Positions 28,503 to 37,337 of a stretch of 64,000 nt of DNA are shown here, piece by piece. The DNA comes from Myxococcota bacterium. GTDB taxonomy: Bacteria; Myxococcota_A; UBA9160; UBA6930. The DNA is taken from positions 288,001-352,000 of the forward strand of contig OZ245002.1 in the NCBI GenBank assembly GCA_965223415.1, read 5' to 3'. Each line of letters begins with the position of its first letter. The stretch's first letter is position 1. Both the position numbers and the translations under genes were made by a program. The notes beneath the pieces were generated by a model. The model saw nothing but the letters and a program-made list of their open reading frames with translations, was not told the DNA's origin and did no database searches.

Positions 28503-28558
28503 GGTGCGCTACCAGCCGTCGACGTGGAGGGGTGCGCTACCAGCCGTCGACGTGGAGG
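28503..28558. repeat. Perfect 28-bp direct tandem duplication of the nitroreductase 3' end
   Basis: GGTGCGCTACCAGCCGTCGACGTGGAGG at 28503-28530 and 28531-28558. Confidence 0.95.
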
Positions 28559-29208
28559 GAGCTGGCCAGGTCCCGGCCGGCGGCGGGCCGAAAGTCGGTG
28601 CCGACGGTGTAGGCCACGGGAGAGAGGGCGGTCTGCATCACCTCGCCGTAGGGCACGCCGAGCAGCTCCGCGATCTCCTGCTCGTGGAGCAGGTGCAGGG
28701 TGGTCCACGACGTGCCGAGGCCGCGGGCCCGCGCCGCGAGCATGAAGCTCCAGAAGGCGGGCAGGACCGAGCCGTACTGACTGGCGCGGGCCAGGTCTCC
28801 CATCGGCCCCTCGATCGGCGGGAGCCGGCCCGCGATGCAGGGAATGACGAGCCAGGGTGCCCGGTGCAGGTTCTCGGCCAGGGCCTCGGCGGAGCCGACC
28901 ACCCGCTCCATCACGGCGACGTCGTCGCCCTCGGCCTGCTTGGCGAGGGCGTGTGCCGAGACGGGCATGTCGCGATAGCCGTCGAAGGCGCTCCGGTACA
29001 GCTCGGCGATGCGCTCGCGCTTGGACGGATCGCCGATCAGGAGGAAGTGCCAGCCCCGGGCGTTGGAGCCGCTCGGCGCCTGGAGGGCGATGCGGATGCA
29101 CTCCTCGACGACCTCCTGGGGCACGGGGCGATCGAAGTCCAGCCGGCGGCGCACCGCACGGGTGGTGGTGAGGAGCTCGTCGGGGGAGAGATCGAGGGTG
29201 GCGGGCAT
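28537..29208 (-). CDS. Nitroreductase family protein
   Basis: LLTTTRAVRRRLD, QAPSGSN, ARARGLGTSWTT. Confidence 0.9.
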   Translation of the reverse strand: MPATLDLSPDELLTTTRAVRRRLDFDRPVPQEVVEECIRIALQAPSGSNARGWHFLLIGDPSKRERIAELYRSAFDGYRDMPVSAHALAKQAEGDDVAVMERVVGSAEALAENLHRAPWLVIPCIAGRLPPIEGPMGDLARASQYGSVLPAFWSFMLAARARGLGTSWTTLHLLHEQEIAELLGVPYGEVMQTALSPVAYTVGTDFRPAAGRDLASSLHVDGW

Positions 29209-29283
29209 GGCGGCAGTCTAGAGCATGCCCCTCCGGGATCGGCCAGCGATGAATGCCGGGCACCCGCGCGCCGTCGCAGCAGG

Positions 29284-30846
29284 GTGCCTCCGGTCCGCGT
29301 CCTCCGCCTGGGCAACGCACTCCGCGCAGCGAGCCAGTGCGCCTTGCTCTGCGCGCTCGCCATGCCGGGCATCGCGGCTCCCATCCTCGGAGACGAGGCC
29401 GGCTCGGCCTACCGGAACGACCGCGAGCAGGCCTACCGGTGGTCCCTCGAACGCGAGCAGGCCGATCGCGCGTCCTCCGGGGAGCGCGCGCGCCGCGCCC
29501 AGAAGCTGTGGGATTCGCCGCCCCCGCCGCCGACACCCCTCGCCCTCCCCCAGAAGCCGGCGCCTCCGGTCGAGGCTCCGCGGGAGCCGGGGCCGCCCGA
29601 GGAGGCGGGCGCGATCGACGTCGCCGCCCTGGCGCCGGAGCCCAGCGAAATCGCCCCGCCCTGGTCCGAGGCCCTGGCGGTCCGCGCGAGCGCCCTGCGA
29701 ACCCTCCTGCTGCAGCCTGCCGGTCCGGCCCGCGAGCCCCTCGCACTCTGGAGCCGTCGCGCGTGGGAGCAGGCCGCGACGTGGAGCCGACCGACGACGC
29801 CGCCCCTCGCCGGCCCCGAGCACGCGGCCCAGACCGCCCCGGCGGTGGCCCTGGCGCCGGAGCCGGAGAGACGAGCGCTCGGCGAAGCGCCAGCCGGGCC
29901 TTCCACCCCGGTCGCGCAGGGGCCGGAGCCGAAGCCGGCGGAGGAGGGCGTCGCGAAGACAGAGCCGAAGCCGACGAAGAAGCGCGTCGCCAGGGCCAGG
30001 CCGAAGCCTCCGAAGGGGCGCGTCGCCGAGGCCAAGCCGAAGCCTCCGAAGAAGCGCGTCGCCGAGGCCAAGCCGGAGCCTCCGAAGGCGCGCGTCGCCA
30101 AGGCCAAGCCGAAACCTCCGAAGAAGCGCGTCGCCAGGGCCAAGCCGAAACCTCCGAAGAAGCGCGTCGCCAAGGCTGAGCCGGAGCCTCCGAAGAAGCG
30201 CGTCGCCAGGGCCAAGCCGGAGCCTCCGAAGGGGCGCGTCGCCAGGGCCAAGCCGAAGCCTTCGAAGAAGCGCGTCGCCAGGGCCAAGCCGGAGCCTTCG
30301 AAGGGGCGCGTCGCCAGGGCCAAGCCGGAGCCTCCGAAGGGGCGCGTCGCCAAGGCCGAGCCGAAGCCTTCGAAGGGGCGCGTCGCCAGGGCCAAGCCGG
30401 AGCCTCCGAAGGGGCGCGTCGCCAAGGCCGAGCCGAAGCCTCCGAAGAAGCGCGTCGCAGCGCCGAGATCGAGGCCGCCGGCAAGGCGCGTCGCGGCGGC
30501 TCGTCCTGCGTCGTCGAGCGTGGCGCGGTTCGAAGGAGCCGGCCTCGAGCCGTGGCGAGCCCGCTCACGGCGGCTGGCTCGGGCCGAGATCGAGCGGGTG
30601 CGGGCTCGCGCGCGCGCCTTCGAGTCCTCCGATTCCCGCGGACGCCGGGGGCGGGCATCGCGGCTGGCCGTGTCCGCCCTGGAGTCGGCCACGGGGGCGC
30701 CCGCTCCGCGCGGCACCCGCGTCCAGGCTCGGGAAGATTCCTGGGCCGGGCCGGGTGCCGGCCCGGAGGGGGAGATCCACGTCTACCGGAGCTGCGACGA
30801 GTGGGGCTGCGAGGTGGACGAGGTCGTGCGCGTCGTCTTCGACTGA
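29284..30846 (+). CDS. Probable secreted Lys/Pro/Arg-rich tandem-repeat protein
   Basis: Signal-like LLCALAMPGIAA; 12-aa repeats KPKPPKKRVARA; GC3-rich codons; start uncertain. Confidence 0.6.
   Translation: MPPVRVLRLGNALRAASQCALLCALAMPGIAAPILGDEAGSAYRNDREQAYRWSLEREQADRASSGERARRAQKLWDSPPPPPTPLALPQKPAPPVEAPREPGPPEEAGAIDVAALAPEPSEIAPPWSEALAVRASALRTLLLQPAGPAREPLALWSRRAWEQAATWSRPTTPPLAGPEHAAQTAPAVALAPEPERRALGEAPAGPSTPVAQGPEPKPAEEGVAKTEPKPTKKRVARARPKPPKGRVAEAKPKPPKKRVAEAKPEPPKARVAKAKPKPPKKRVARAKPKPPKKRVAKAEPEPPKKRVARAKPEPPKGRVARAKPKPSKKRVARAKPEPSKGRVARAKPEPPKGRVAKAEPKPSKGRVARAKPEPPKGRVAKAEPKPPKKRVAAPRSRPPARRVAAARPASSSVARFEGAGLEPWRARSRRLARAEIERVRARARAFESSDSRGRRGRASRLAVSALESATGAPAPRGTRVQAREDSWAGPGAGPEGEIHVYRSCDEWGCEVDEVVRVVFD
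29926..30501 (+). repeat. 36-bp coding tandem repeat (14 well-conserved plus 2 degenerate units)
   Basis: Unit approx. AAGCCGAAGCCTCCGAAGAAGCGCGTCGCCAGGGCC, contiguous with no spacers. Confidence 0.95.
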
Positions 30847-32990
30847 AGCGGATGCGGGTCGGTCTCCGGCGGGAACGGCGTCGGCGCCCGCGCCTCGAGA
30901 GCCGGCGCGAGGAAGCGCGCCACGATCGGGAGCGCGCCGCGGGAGCCCGGAAGGCCGGTGCCCCGCCCGTCGTCGAAGCCGACCCAGACCCCGACGACCA
31001 GGGAAGGCGTGTAGGCGACGATCCAGGCGTCGCGAAAGCCGTTGGTCGTGCCGGTCTTCGCGGCCACGGGCGCCGAGACGCCCAGGGCGCCCAGCCGGCG
31101 CGCAGTGCCGCGCAGGGCGGCGCCGCGCAGCGCGCGGGTCAAGTCCCGGCAGGCGGAGGCCGTAGCGACCCGGGGCGCCTGGCGCGGCTCCACGCGCACG
31201 ACCTCACCGACCCGATCCAGTACGAGGGGGACGCGTCGCAGTTCGGCGAGTCGGCCGTCGGCGGCGAGCGCTCCGTAGGCGCGGGTGACCTCGAGGAGAC
31301 TCAGCTCGGAGGCCCCCAGCGCCAGACTCGGCACCGGGTCCAGCGGGCTCTCGATGCCGAGACGTCGCGCCGTCGCGATCACCGGCCCGAGGCCGATACC
31401 CTGGGCGAGCCGGGCCATGGGGACGTTGAGGGAGCGCTCGAGGGCCTGGGCCAGGCTCACGGGCCCGCGAAAGCGGCCGTCGTAGTTCACGGGAATCCAC
31501 GGTCCCTCGGGCCGCGCGACCCGGAAGGGCGCATCGCGCAGGCGCGTCTCGAGGGTGACGGCGCTTCCCGGCTCCGAGAGCGCGGCGAGCGCCACGACCG
31601 GCTTGAACACGCTGCCGGGCTGGCGGCGTGCGCGCCACGCCCGGTCGAAGGGGAAGCGACGAGAGTCGCGGCCGCCGACCCAGGCGAGCACGTCGCCCCG
31701 GACCGGATCCAGGGCGACGAGTGCGGCCTGGAGCGGCGGCCCCGCGCCGACGAGGTCCGGGTGCTCCGCCTCGAGAGCGGTCAGGCCGTCGCGCACGGCC
31801 CGCTCCGCCTGACGCTGTAGCGACCAGTCGAGGCTCGTCACGACCGAGAGCCCTGCCCGGCGCAGCGCCCCGGCGCCGAAGCGCCACTCGAGCTCCGGGC
31901 GAATCCACGCGGCGAAGTAGCCGACCCCGTCGTGCCGGGCCGGCGCCACCGCCGTGAGCGGCGCCGCGCGGGCACGGCGGACCTCCTCTGGCGTGAGCAT
32001 GCCGAGCGCCCCCATCCGTGCGAGGACGAGGTCCCGGCGCCCCTGTGCCCGCTCCGGATGCCGGGCGGGCGCATAACGACTCGGGCCGCGGATGAGCGCG
32101 GCCAGCAGGGCCGACTCGGCCACGTCGAGGTCCCCCGCCGGCTTGCGGAAGTGGTGGCGCGCGCCAGCGCCGACGCCGTGCACGGCCACACCGCCGCGCT
32201 GCCCCAGGTACACCTCGTTCAGGTAGGTCTCGAGGATCCGGGCCTTCGCGTGGCGGCGCTCGAGGCGCAGGGCCATGGCCGCCTCCCGGAGCTTGCGTGA
32301 GAACCGTCGCTCGCGGCTCAGGAAGCGGTTCTTCACCAGCTGCTGGGTGACGGTGCTGCCGCCCTCGACGATCCGGCCGGCACGCAGGTTCGCGACGAGC
32401 GCGCCGCCGATGCGCACCGGGTCGAGGCCCCGGTGGCGGAAGAAGCGGTGATCCTCGATGGCGAGGACCGCGTCCACCAGGTGGGGCGGCAGGTCATGGA
32501 GCCGGAGGGGCTCGCGATCGACGCGGGGCGCGCCCGCGAGCTGACCCAGCAGGGCCGGCTCGAGCCGCAGGGTGTCGAGGCGGCCGTCGCGGGTTTCCAT
32601 CTCGGCGATGCGGCCGTCCGGGCTCAGCCGCAGCTCGACCGGCACGGCGCGGCCCCGTTGGCCGGGAACCAGGCGGCCCGGAAACGGGCGCCAGCCGATC
32701 GCCCAGCGGCCCTCCCGCCGGGCAAAGGTGCCCGGGGCGACGGCCCGGGCGACTGCGCCCGGGACGGCTCCCGCCCCGACCGGCGCCGGCACCTCCCGGT
32801 AGCCGGCAGCGCGCAGGTAGCCCGCCAGGTCGAGGACGTCCGGCCCGTCACCGAGGCGGAGCACCAGGGGCCGGCTCAGCAGCCGGGCGGGAACCTCGAG
32901 ACGCGAGGCGTCGAGGTGCGCACCGCGGGCCAGGCCGGCACCGGTCCACAGGCCGGCGGCGCCGCCGAAGAGCAAGCCGAGGCTCAGCAT
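30783..32990 (-). CDS. Class A penicillin-binding protein (PBP1b-like)
   Basis: EDHRFFRH, GGSTVTQQ, RKLRE, YLNEVY; SVFK (SxxK), SLN (SxN), KTG; UB2H-like region. Confidence 0.9.
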   Translation of the reverse strand: MLSLGLLFGGAAGLWTGAGLARGAHLDASRLEVPARLLSRPLVLRLGDGPDVLDLAGYLRAAGYREVPAPVGAGAVPGAVARAVAPGTFARREGRWAIGWRPFPGRLVPGQRGRAVPVELRLSPDGRIAEMETRDGRLDTLRLEPALLGQLAGAPRVDREPLRLHDLPPHLVDAVLAIEDHRFFRHRGLDPVRIGGALVANLRAGRIVEGGSTVTQQLVKNRFLSRERRFSRKLREAAMALRLERRHAKARILETYLNEVYLGQRGGVAVHGVGAGARHHFRKPAGDLDVAESALLAALIRGPSRYAPARHPERAQGRRDLVLARMGALGMLTPEEVRRARAAPLTAVAPARHDGVGYFAAWIRPELEWRFGAGALRRAGLSVVTSLDWSLQRQAERAVRDGLTALEAEHPDLVGAGPPLQAALVALDPVRGDVLAWVGGRDSRRFPFDRAWRARRQPGSVFKPVVALAALSEPGSAVTLETRLRDAPFRVARPEGPWIPVNYDGRFRGPVSLAQALERSLNVPMARLAQGIGLGPVIATARRLGIESPLDPVPSLALGASELSLLEVTRAYGALAADGRLAELRRVPLVLDRVGEVVRVEPRQAPRVATASACRDLTRALRGAALRGTARRLGALGVSAPVAAKTGTTNGFRDAWIVAYTPSLVVGVWVGFDDGRGTGLPGSRGALPIVARFLAPALEARAPTPFPPETDPHPLQSKTTRTTSSTSQPHSSQLR

Positions 32991-33176
32991 CAGGATCCGC
33001 GGGATCGTGGGATCCTCCCGGCCCTGAGACGCGGCTTCCGCCGCCTGGATTCACCCCTCTCGTGGCTCGGCCCGCGGCCCCGGCGCCCTGGGGCGGGCGC
33101 CCCGAAGCGCCGAAACCCTCAATGATCACGGGAGGTTTCCTTCCCGTCGGAATGCTGATAGGGTGGGCCGTCCGGT

Positions 33177-35444
33177 ATGGCTCATCCCCCCCAACGTCGG
33201 TTCGGTGTCTTCGCCCTGGGTCTGCTCGCATTGGCGGTGGGTGCCGCCAACTGCAGCCCGGTGCTGCCTGCCCTCGTCGCCAGCTTCCCGGCCGGCGGCG
33301 CAACCGTGGCCCGCACCGCCTGGCCGGTGCTCGACTTCGCTGGGACGGTCGACGGGAGCTCGCTCTCGCGGATCCGGCTGTCCTGCCAGGGCAGCACGGT
33401 CCCGGCCACCCGCGCGAAGCTCGATGCCGATACCGTCGTGGTTCAGCCCTCGGCCGTGATGCCGGCCGGAGCGGCCTGCCAGCTCGTGCTCGGCACCGGC
33501 GGCGGTGCCACCACCGTCGACTTCTTCACCGCCTCGGCGGGCCCGGCCTTCTCGGCGGTCCACGACCGGCGCGACCCGGACAAGCCCCTCCCCTTCCCGG
33601 ACGACTTCATGACCGTGTCCGATCCCTCCACGGCCACAGGGCTGCGGCCGGATCTCCTGCTGCCGAACCCGGGCGGCACCGCCGCGGGGCTGCTCACCAG
33701 CCTGGGCGGGGTCGCCGAGACCGAGAGCGACGGCTGGAGCCCCATTGGCCATCTGGCCGTGCAGCTCTCGGGCGCGCCGGACCCGGCCAGCCTCCCGACG
33801 GATCGGGACGCCTCGATGGACCCGCTGGGTACGGTGGCCCTGCTCGACCTCACGCCCGGAAGCCCGAGCTTCGGCGCCCGCATTCCCTTCCAGCTGATCC
33901 CGCGCTCCGACACGTTGCCGGGTGAGCCCCTCGTCCACGCCCTCGTCCTCTCGCCGGGCATCGCCCTCGATCCCCTCGGCGTCTACGGGCTCGTGGTGAC
34001 GGACCGGGTCCTCGACGGCGCTGGGGAGCCCCTGGCCCGCTCGTCCTTCGGCGCTGCCGTCGCCGGGCCGTTCGTCCCCGGGGAGGACCCGGAGATCACG
34101 GAGGCGCGCACCCTCGCCGAAGACGTGCTGGGCGTCGCCGAGACCCTCTCCCCGGTTCCGATCCTTCGCGACGACGTGGTGCTCGCCATCCGCCTGACCA
34201 TCCGCAGCACCGATGCCTTCGTCGACGACCCGCTGGCGATGCGCCAGGAGGTGCTCGCCACGGCGCCGAACGTCGTCGTCACCAGCGTGCAGACCAGCGG
34301 CGACCCGAACGTCGCGGCCTTCGTGTTCGGAACCTTCGACGCGCCGAGCTGGCTCGACCCGCTCTACCTCCAGCGCGACGCCCAGGGCGTGCCCATGGCC
34401 TCGGGAACCCAGAGCATCCCCTTCATCCTGGCCCTGCCGACGAGCGCGGCCACCAGCGGCCTCGCCCCGGTCGTGATGTACCAGCACGGCAACCCGGGCG
34501 ACGCCGAGTCCGAGGTTCCCGGCGCCGCCGCCAGCTTCCTCGCCGCCGACGGCTTCGCGGTCGCGGGCTTCACGGATCCCATCAACCGGAGCTTCCCGAC
34601 GATCGACCAGCAGCAGACGGTGATCTTCGCCAACACCGTGCTGAACGGGAAGGCGCCGGAGTTCTACCTCGCGACCTACGCGGAGCAGATGGCCTTCGTC
34701 ACTGCCCTGCAGGCGATGGCGACCCTCGACGTGCTGCCCGTGGGAGCGCCGGACGGAACCCCCGACCTCGACCCGAGCACCCTCGTGTACGAGGGCATCA
34801 GCTACGGCTCCACCCACGCCCAGGCCTTCCTGGCCTACGAGCCCGACATCGCCGCCGCGGCGCTGGTGGCGGGCGCCGTCCGCCTGGGCGAGCTGCTCGA
34901 GCACCAGGATCGCACGACGCCGACCGGCGGGCCGCCGTTCCTGACCGTCTCGCTCCCGAGCCTGCTCACCGGTGTGCGCGCGCCGGACATGTGGATGGCC
35001 CTGCAGCTCTTCGCCGTCTCCTACGACCCCCAGGATCCCCACAACCACGCCCGCTTCCTCTACCAGTCGCCGGTCTCGGTGGGCGGCACCACCCAGAAGG
35101 CCTCCCTGCTGGTGGTCGAGGGGATCGAGGACAGCTTCACCGCGAACAACTCCACCCGCTCCCTGGCCCGGCAGCTCGGCGGCATCCCCCAGCTGGCGAC
35201 GGCGGTGGTGCGGGTGGCGGACCTGCCCGAGCAGGCCGGGCCGATCCAGGCGAACGTGGATGCGACCACGACGGCGGCCATGGTCCAGTACGCGCCGGAC
35301 GGCCTGGGCACACCACCGCCGTCACCGGGCTGTGTCGGCCAGACCGAGGGCCACTTCTGCGCCCAGAGTGCCCAGGAGGCCCGCGATCAGCGGGCGGCCT
35401 TCTATCAGAGCGCGCTGGTGGGCGTTCCGGTGATCGACGACTAG
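33177..35444 (+). CDS. Secreted/lipoprotein lipase-like alpha/beta hydrolase with Ig-like N-terminus
   Basis: Signal ending AANC; PFPDD and DGWS motifs typical of extracellular lipase N-domains; YQHG, GISYG nucleophile, C-terminal GH. Confidence 0.7.
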   Translation: MAHPPQRRFGVFALGLLALAVGAANCSPVLPALVASFPAGGATVARTAWPVLDFAGTVDGSSLSRIRLSCQGSTVPATRAKLDADTVVVQPSAVMPAGAACQLVLGTGGGATTVDFFTASAGPAFSAVHDRRDPDKPLPFPDDFMTVSDPSTATGLRPDLLLPNPGGTAAGLLTSLGGVAETESDGWSPIGHLAVQLSGAPDPASLPTDRDASMDPLGTVALLDLTPGSPSFGARIPFQLIPRSDTLPGEPLVHALVLSPGIALDPLGVYGLVVTDRVLDGAGEPLARSSFGAAVAGPFVPGEDPEITEARTLAEDVLGVAETLSPVPILRDDVVLAIRLTIRSTDAFVDDPLAMRQEVLATAPNVVVTSVQTSGDPNVAAFVFGTFDAPSWLDPLYLQRDAQGVPMASGTQSIPFILALPTSAATSGLAPVVMYQHGNPGDAESEVPGAAASFLAADGFAVAGFTDPINRSFPTIDQQQTVIFANTVLNGKAPEFYLATYAEQMAFVTALQAMATLDVLPVGAPDGTPDLDPSTLVYEGISYGSTHAQAFLAYEPDIAAAALVAGAVRLGELLEHQDRTTPTGGPPFLTVSLPSLLTGVRAPDMWMALQLFAVSYDPQDPHNHARFLYQSPVSVGGTTQKASLLVVEGIEDSFTANNSTRSLARQLGGIPQLATAVVRVADLPEQAGPIQANVDATTTAAMVQYAPDGLGTPPPSPGCVGQTEGHFCAQSAQEARDQRAAFYQSALVGVPVIDD

Positions 35445-35521
35445 AGCCGGTCTCAGAAATGTGAAACGCGTACCGGCCTTCCTCGGAGAGACGGGCGCGC
35501 TGGATATCTCTGGGACGAGCG

Positions 35522-36397
35522 CTAGGCGTCGTCCTCGCGTTCGTGTTCGGATTCGTCGGCGCCGCCGGCCTCCTCGGCGTCGTCGGCGTCGTGAGCCTCC
35601 AGGAAGGCCTCGAGGGACGCGAGCAGGTTCTGGGTGTCGTCCTGGAACGACGAGAACAGCTCGTGCAGCCGCTGGGCGAAGACCAGGAAGGGCGCCGAGA
35701 CGTCCGCATCGGCGGCGTCCGCGGAGACGGCTTGCGCGGGCTCCGCCCCCGCCGCGTCCTGCGTGGGCTCCGCGGCGGGCGCGGCCGCGGCCGCCTCCGG
35801 CAAGGGCTCCGTCGGCGCGGCAGCGGGCCTCGCGACCGGCGCGGTGGCCCCGGTCGACCCGCTCGGTGCCCCGCCGGTTCTCGCGCCCAGGAAGGCCAGC
35901 CGCGCGGAGATCATGTCCGCCAGGCCGCGACCCAGGTGATCGGCGAGCCGGTGGAGCACGTCGGGCGCGGCAGCGACCAGCTCCCCCACGTCGGCCTCTC
36001 CGTTGCGGGCTGCCGCGTGGAGCTCCCCGCGGAAGGCCCGCAGCTCCTGACGCTCGGCGCGATGCAGGTCCGCCAGGCCGGATTGGAGCCGACCGCGGAT
36101 GCTGAGCTGGAGCCCGCGTGCGCCGATCCGGTGGGCGTGGCCTCGGCCGTGTCCGCGGCGCAGCTCGACCCGGCCGGCGGCCTCGCGGGAACGCAGCTCT
36201 TCGCCTGCGGGCCGCTCGGCGGCGAGCTCCGCGCGACGCTGGGGCCGGCGCGCTGCGCGGACCGCGTCCTCCGACGGTCGCTCCGTCTGCAGGCCGCGAC
36301 GGATTCCGTCGCGGACGCGCTCCTGGATGCCTCGGACGTTGCGCGTCGGGGTCGACGCAGGGGCATGGCCGTGGTGGCCGTGGGCTTCGATTCGCAT
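35522..36397 (-). CDS. Hypothetical low-complexity protein
   Basis: GGAGG RBS; basic/His-rich N-terminus, Ala/Pro linker, acidic tail. Confidence 0.55.
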   Translation of the reverse strand: MRIEAHGHHGHAPASTPTRNVRGIQERVRDGIRRGLQTERPSEDAVRAARRPQRRAELAAERPAGEELRSREAAGRVELRRGHGRGHAHRIGARGLQLSIRGRLQSGLADLHRAERQELRAFRGELHAAARNGEADVGELVAAAPDVLHRLADHLGRGLADMISARLAFLGARTGGAPSGSTGATAPVARPAAAPTEPLPEAAAAAPAAEPTQDAAGAEPAQAVSADAADADVSAPFLVFAQRLHELFSSFQDDTQNLLASLEAFLEAHDADDAEEAGGADESEHEREDDA

Positions 36398-36499
36398 GGG
36401 GGGTGCCTCCGAGCCTTCCTCTCGGCCGACCGGCGCCGGTCCCTCACCGGCGAACCCCGGAGCCCGTGGCTGGATCGAATGCCCCGAGGGCCGGATCCC

Positions 36500-36658
36500 T
36501 CAGCCGCGGGCCTCCTCCGCCTCGGGCGGCGGTGCCCCTTCGGGCGGTGACGGCGTCGAGCCGGGCGCAGCAGGACGGCCCTCGAACTCCTCCACGGTCA
36601 TGAAGTAGACGCCGGCGCTGTCCTCGTCGCGGATGCGCTCCTTGGCCGGACGCCCCAT
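36500..36658 (-). CDS. Small hypothetical protein (52 aa)
   Basis: ATG 6 nt after the DUF2959 stop; MGRPAKERIRDEDSAGVYFMTVEEFEG...; absent from the ORF track. Confidence 0.4.
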   Translation of the reverse strand: MGRPAKERIRDEDSAGVYFMTVEEFEGRPAAPGSTPSPPEGAPPPEAEEARG

Positions 36659-36664
36659 CGGGCG

Positions 36665-37309
36665 CTACTGGGAGAGCCCTTCGAGGAACGCGTCGGCCTC
36701 GCGGATGGCGGCGTTCATCTCCGCCACGAGCACACGGACGTCGCTCTCGATCTGCGCGGCATCGCCCTCCAGGGAGGCAATCGCCGAGGCGTTCAGGTTG
36801 TGCTTCAGGAAGAGGACGTGGTCGCGGAACGCGGTGAGCACGGGCTCCATGCGGCCTTCCGCCTTTCGCATGGCGGCGATCAGACGCGCGTAGCGGCGCT
36901 GCGTCTGCTTCAGCTGATCGCCGCTGCGCCGGCGCAGGTCGGCCCGGGAGATCTCCGCCAGCTCCCCCTCCCACTCCTCGAAGAGATCCTCGGCGACGGT
37001 TTCGATCGAGGCGATGCGCTCGCCGACGGCCACCGCCTTGGCCTCGCTCGCCTCGAAGGCGGCGCTGAGCTCGTGGTAGCGATCCTCGAGCTCACCGCCC
37101 TCGAAGCCCGTCAGGGCCTGGAAGCGTTCGAGTGCGTCCTGGAACTGGGCCTGGGCCTCCTGCTGCTCCTCCCGCCCGTCCTCGACCCGGGATGCGAGGA
37201 TGTGTCGCTTCTCGCGCCCGAACCCCTCCATGACGTCGTAGTAGACGCTGCGGCAGGCGGGCAGCAGAGCAACGAGGACGAGGCCGAGGATCATCGAGCG
37301 AGTCGCCAT
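36665..37309 (-). CDS. DUF2959 family lipoprotein
   Basis: Lipobox LPAC; YY..ME.FG.EKR.IL..RV; LFLKHNLNA.AIASL. Confidence 0.85.
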   Translation of the reverse strand: MATRSMILGLVLVALLPACRSVYYDVMEGFGREKRHILASRVEDGREEQQEAQAQFQDALERFQALTGFEGGELEDRYHELSAAFEASEAKAVAVGERIASIETVAEDLFEEWEGELAEISRADLRRRSGDQLKQTQRRYARLIAAMRKAEGRMEPVLTAFRDHVLFLKHNLNASAIASLEGDAAQIESDVRVLVAEMNAAIREADAFLEGLSQ

Positions 37310-37337
37310 GGCCCCCGCAGCCTAGCGGGCCGCGGCT

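Noticed and set aside
29926..30501. 36-bp periodic repeat as a CRISPR array
   Set aside because: Units are contiguous with no unique spacers, stay in frame as a 12-aa protein repeat, and no cas genes are present.
29433..30716. Minus-strand ORF with GFGLALATRFFG repeats
   Set aside because: Antisense reading of the VNTR; the plus frame has the better codon pattern and plausible termini, though neither is proven.
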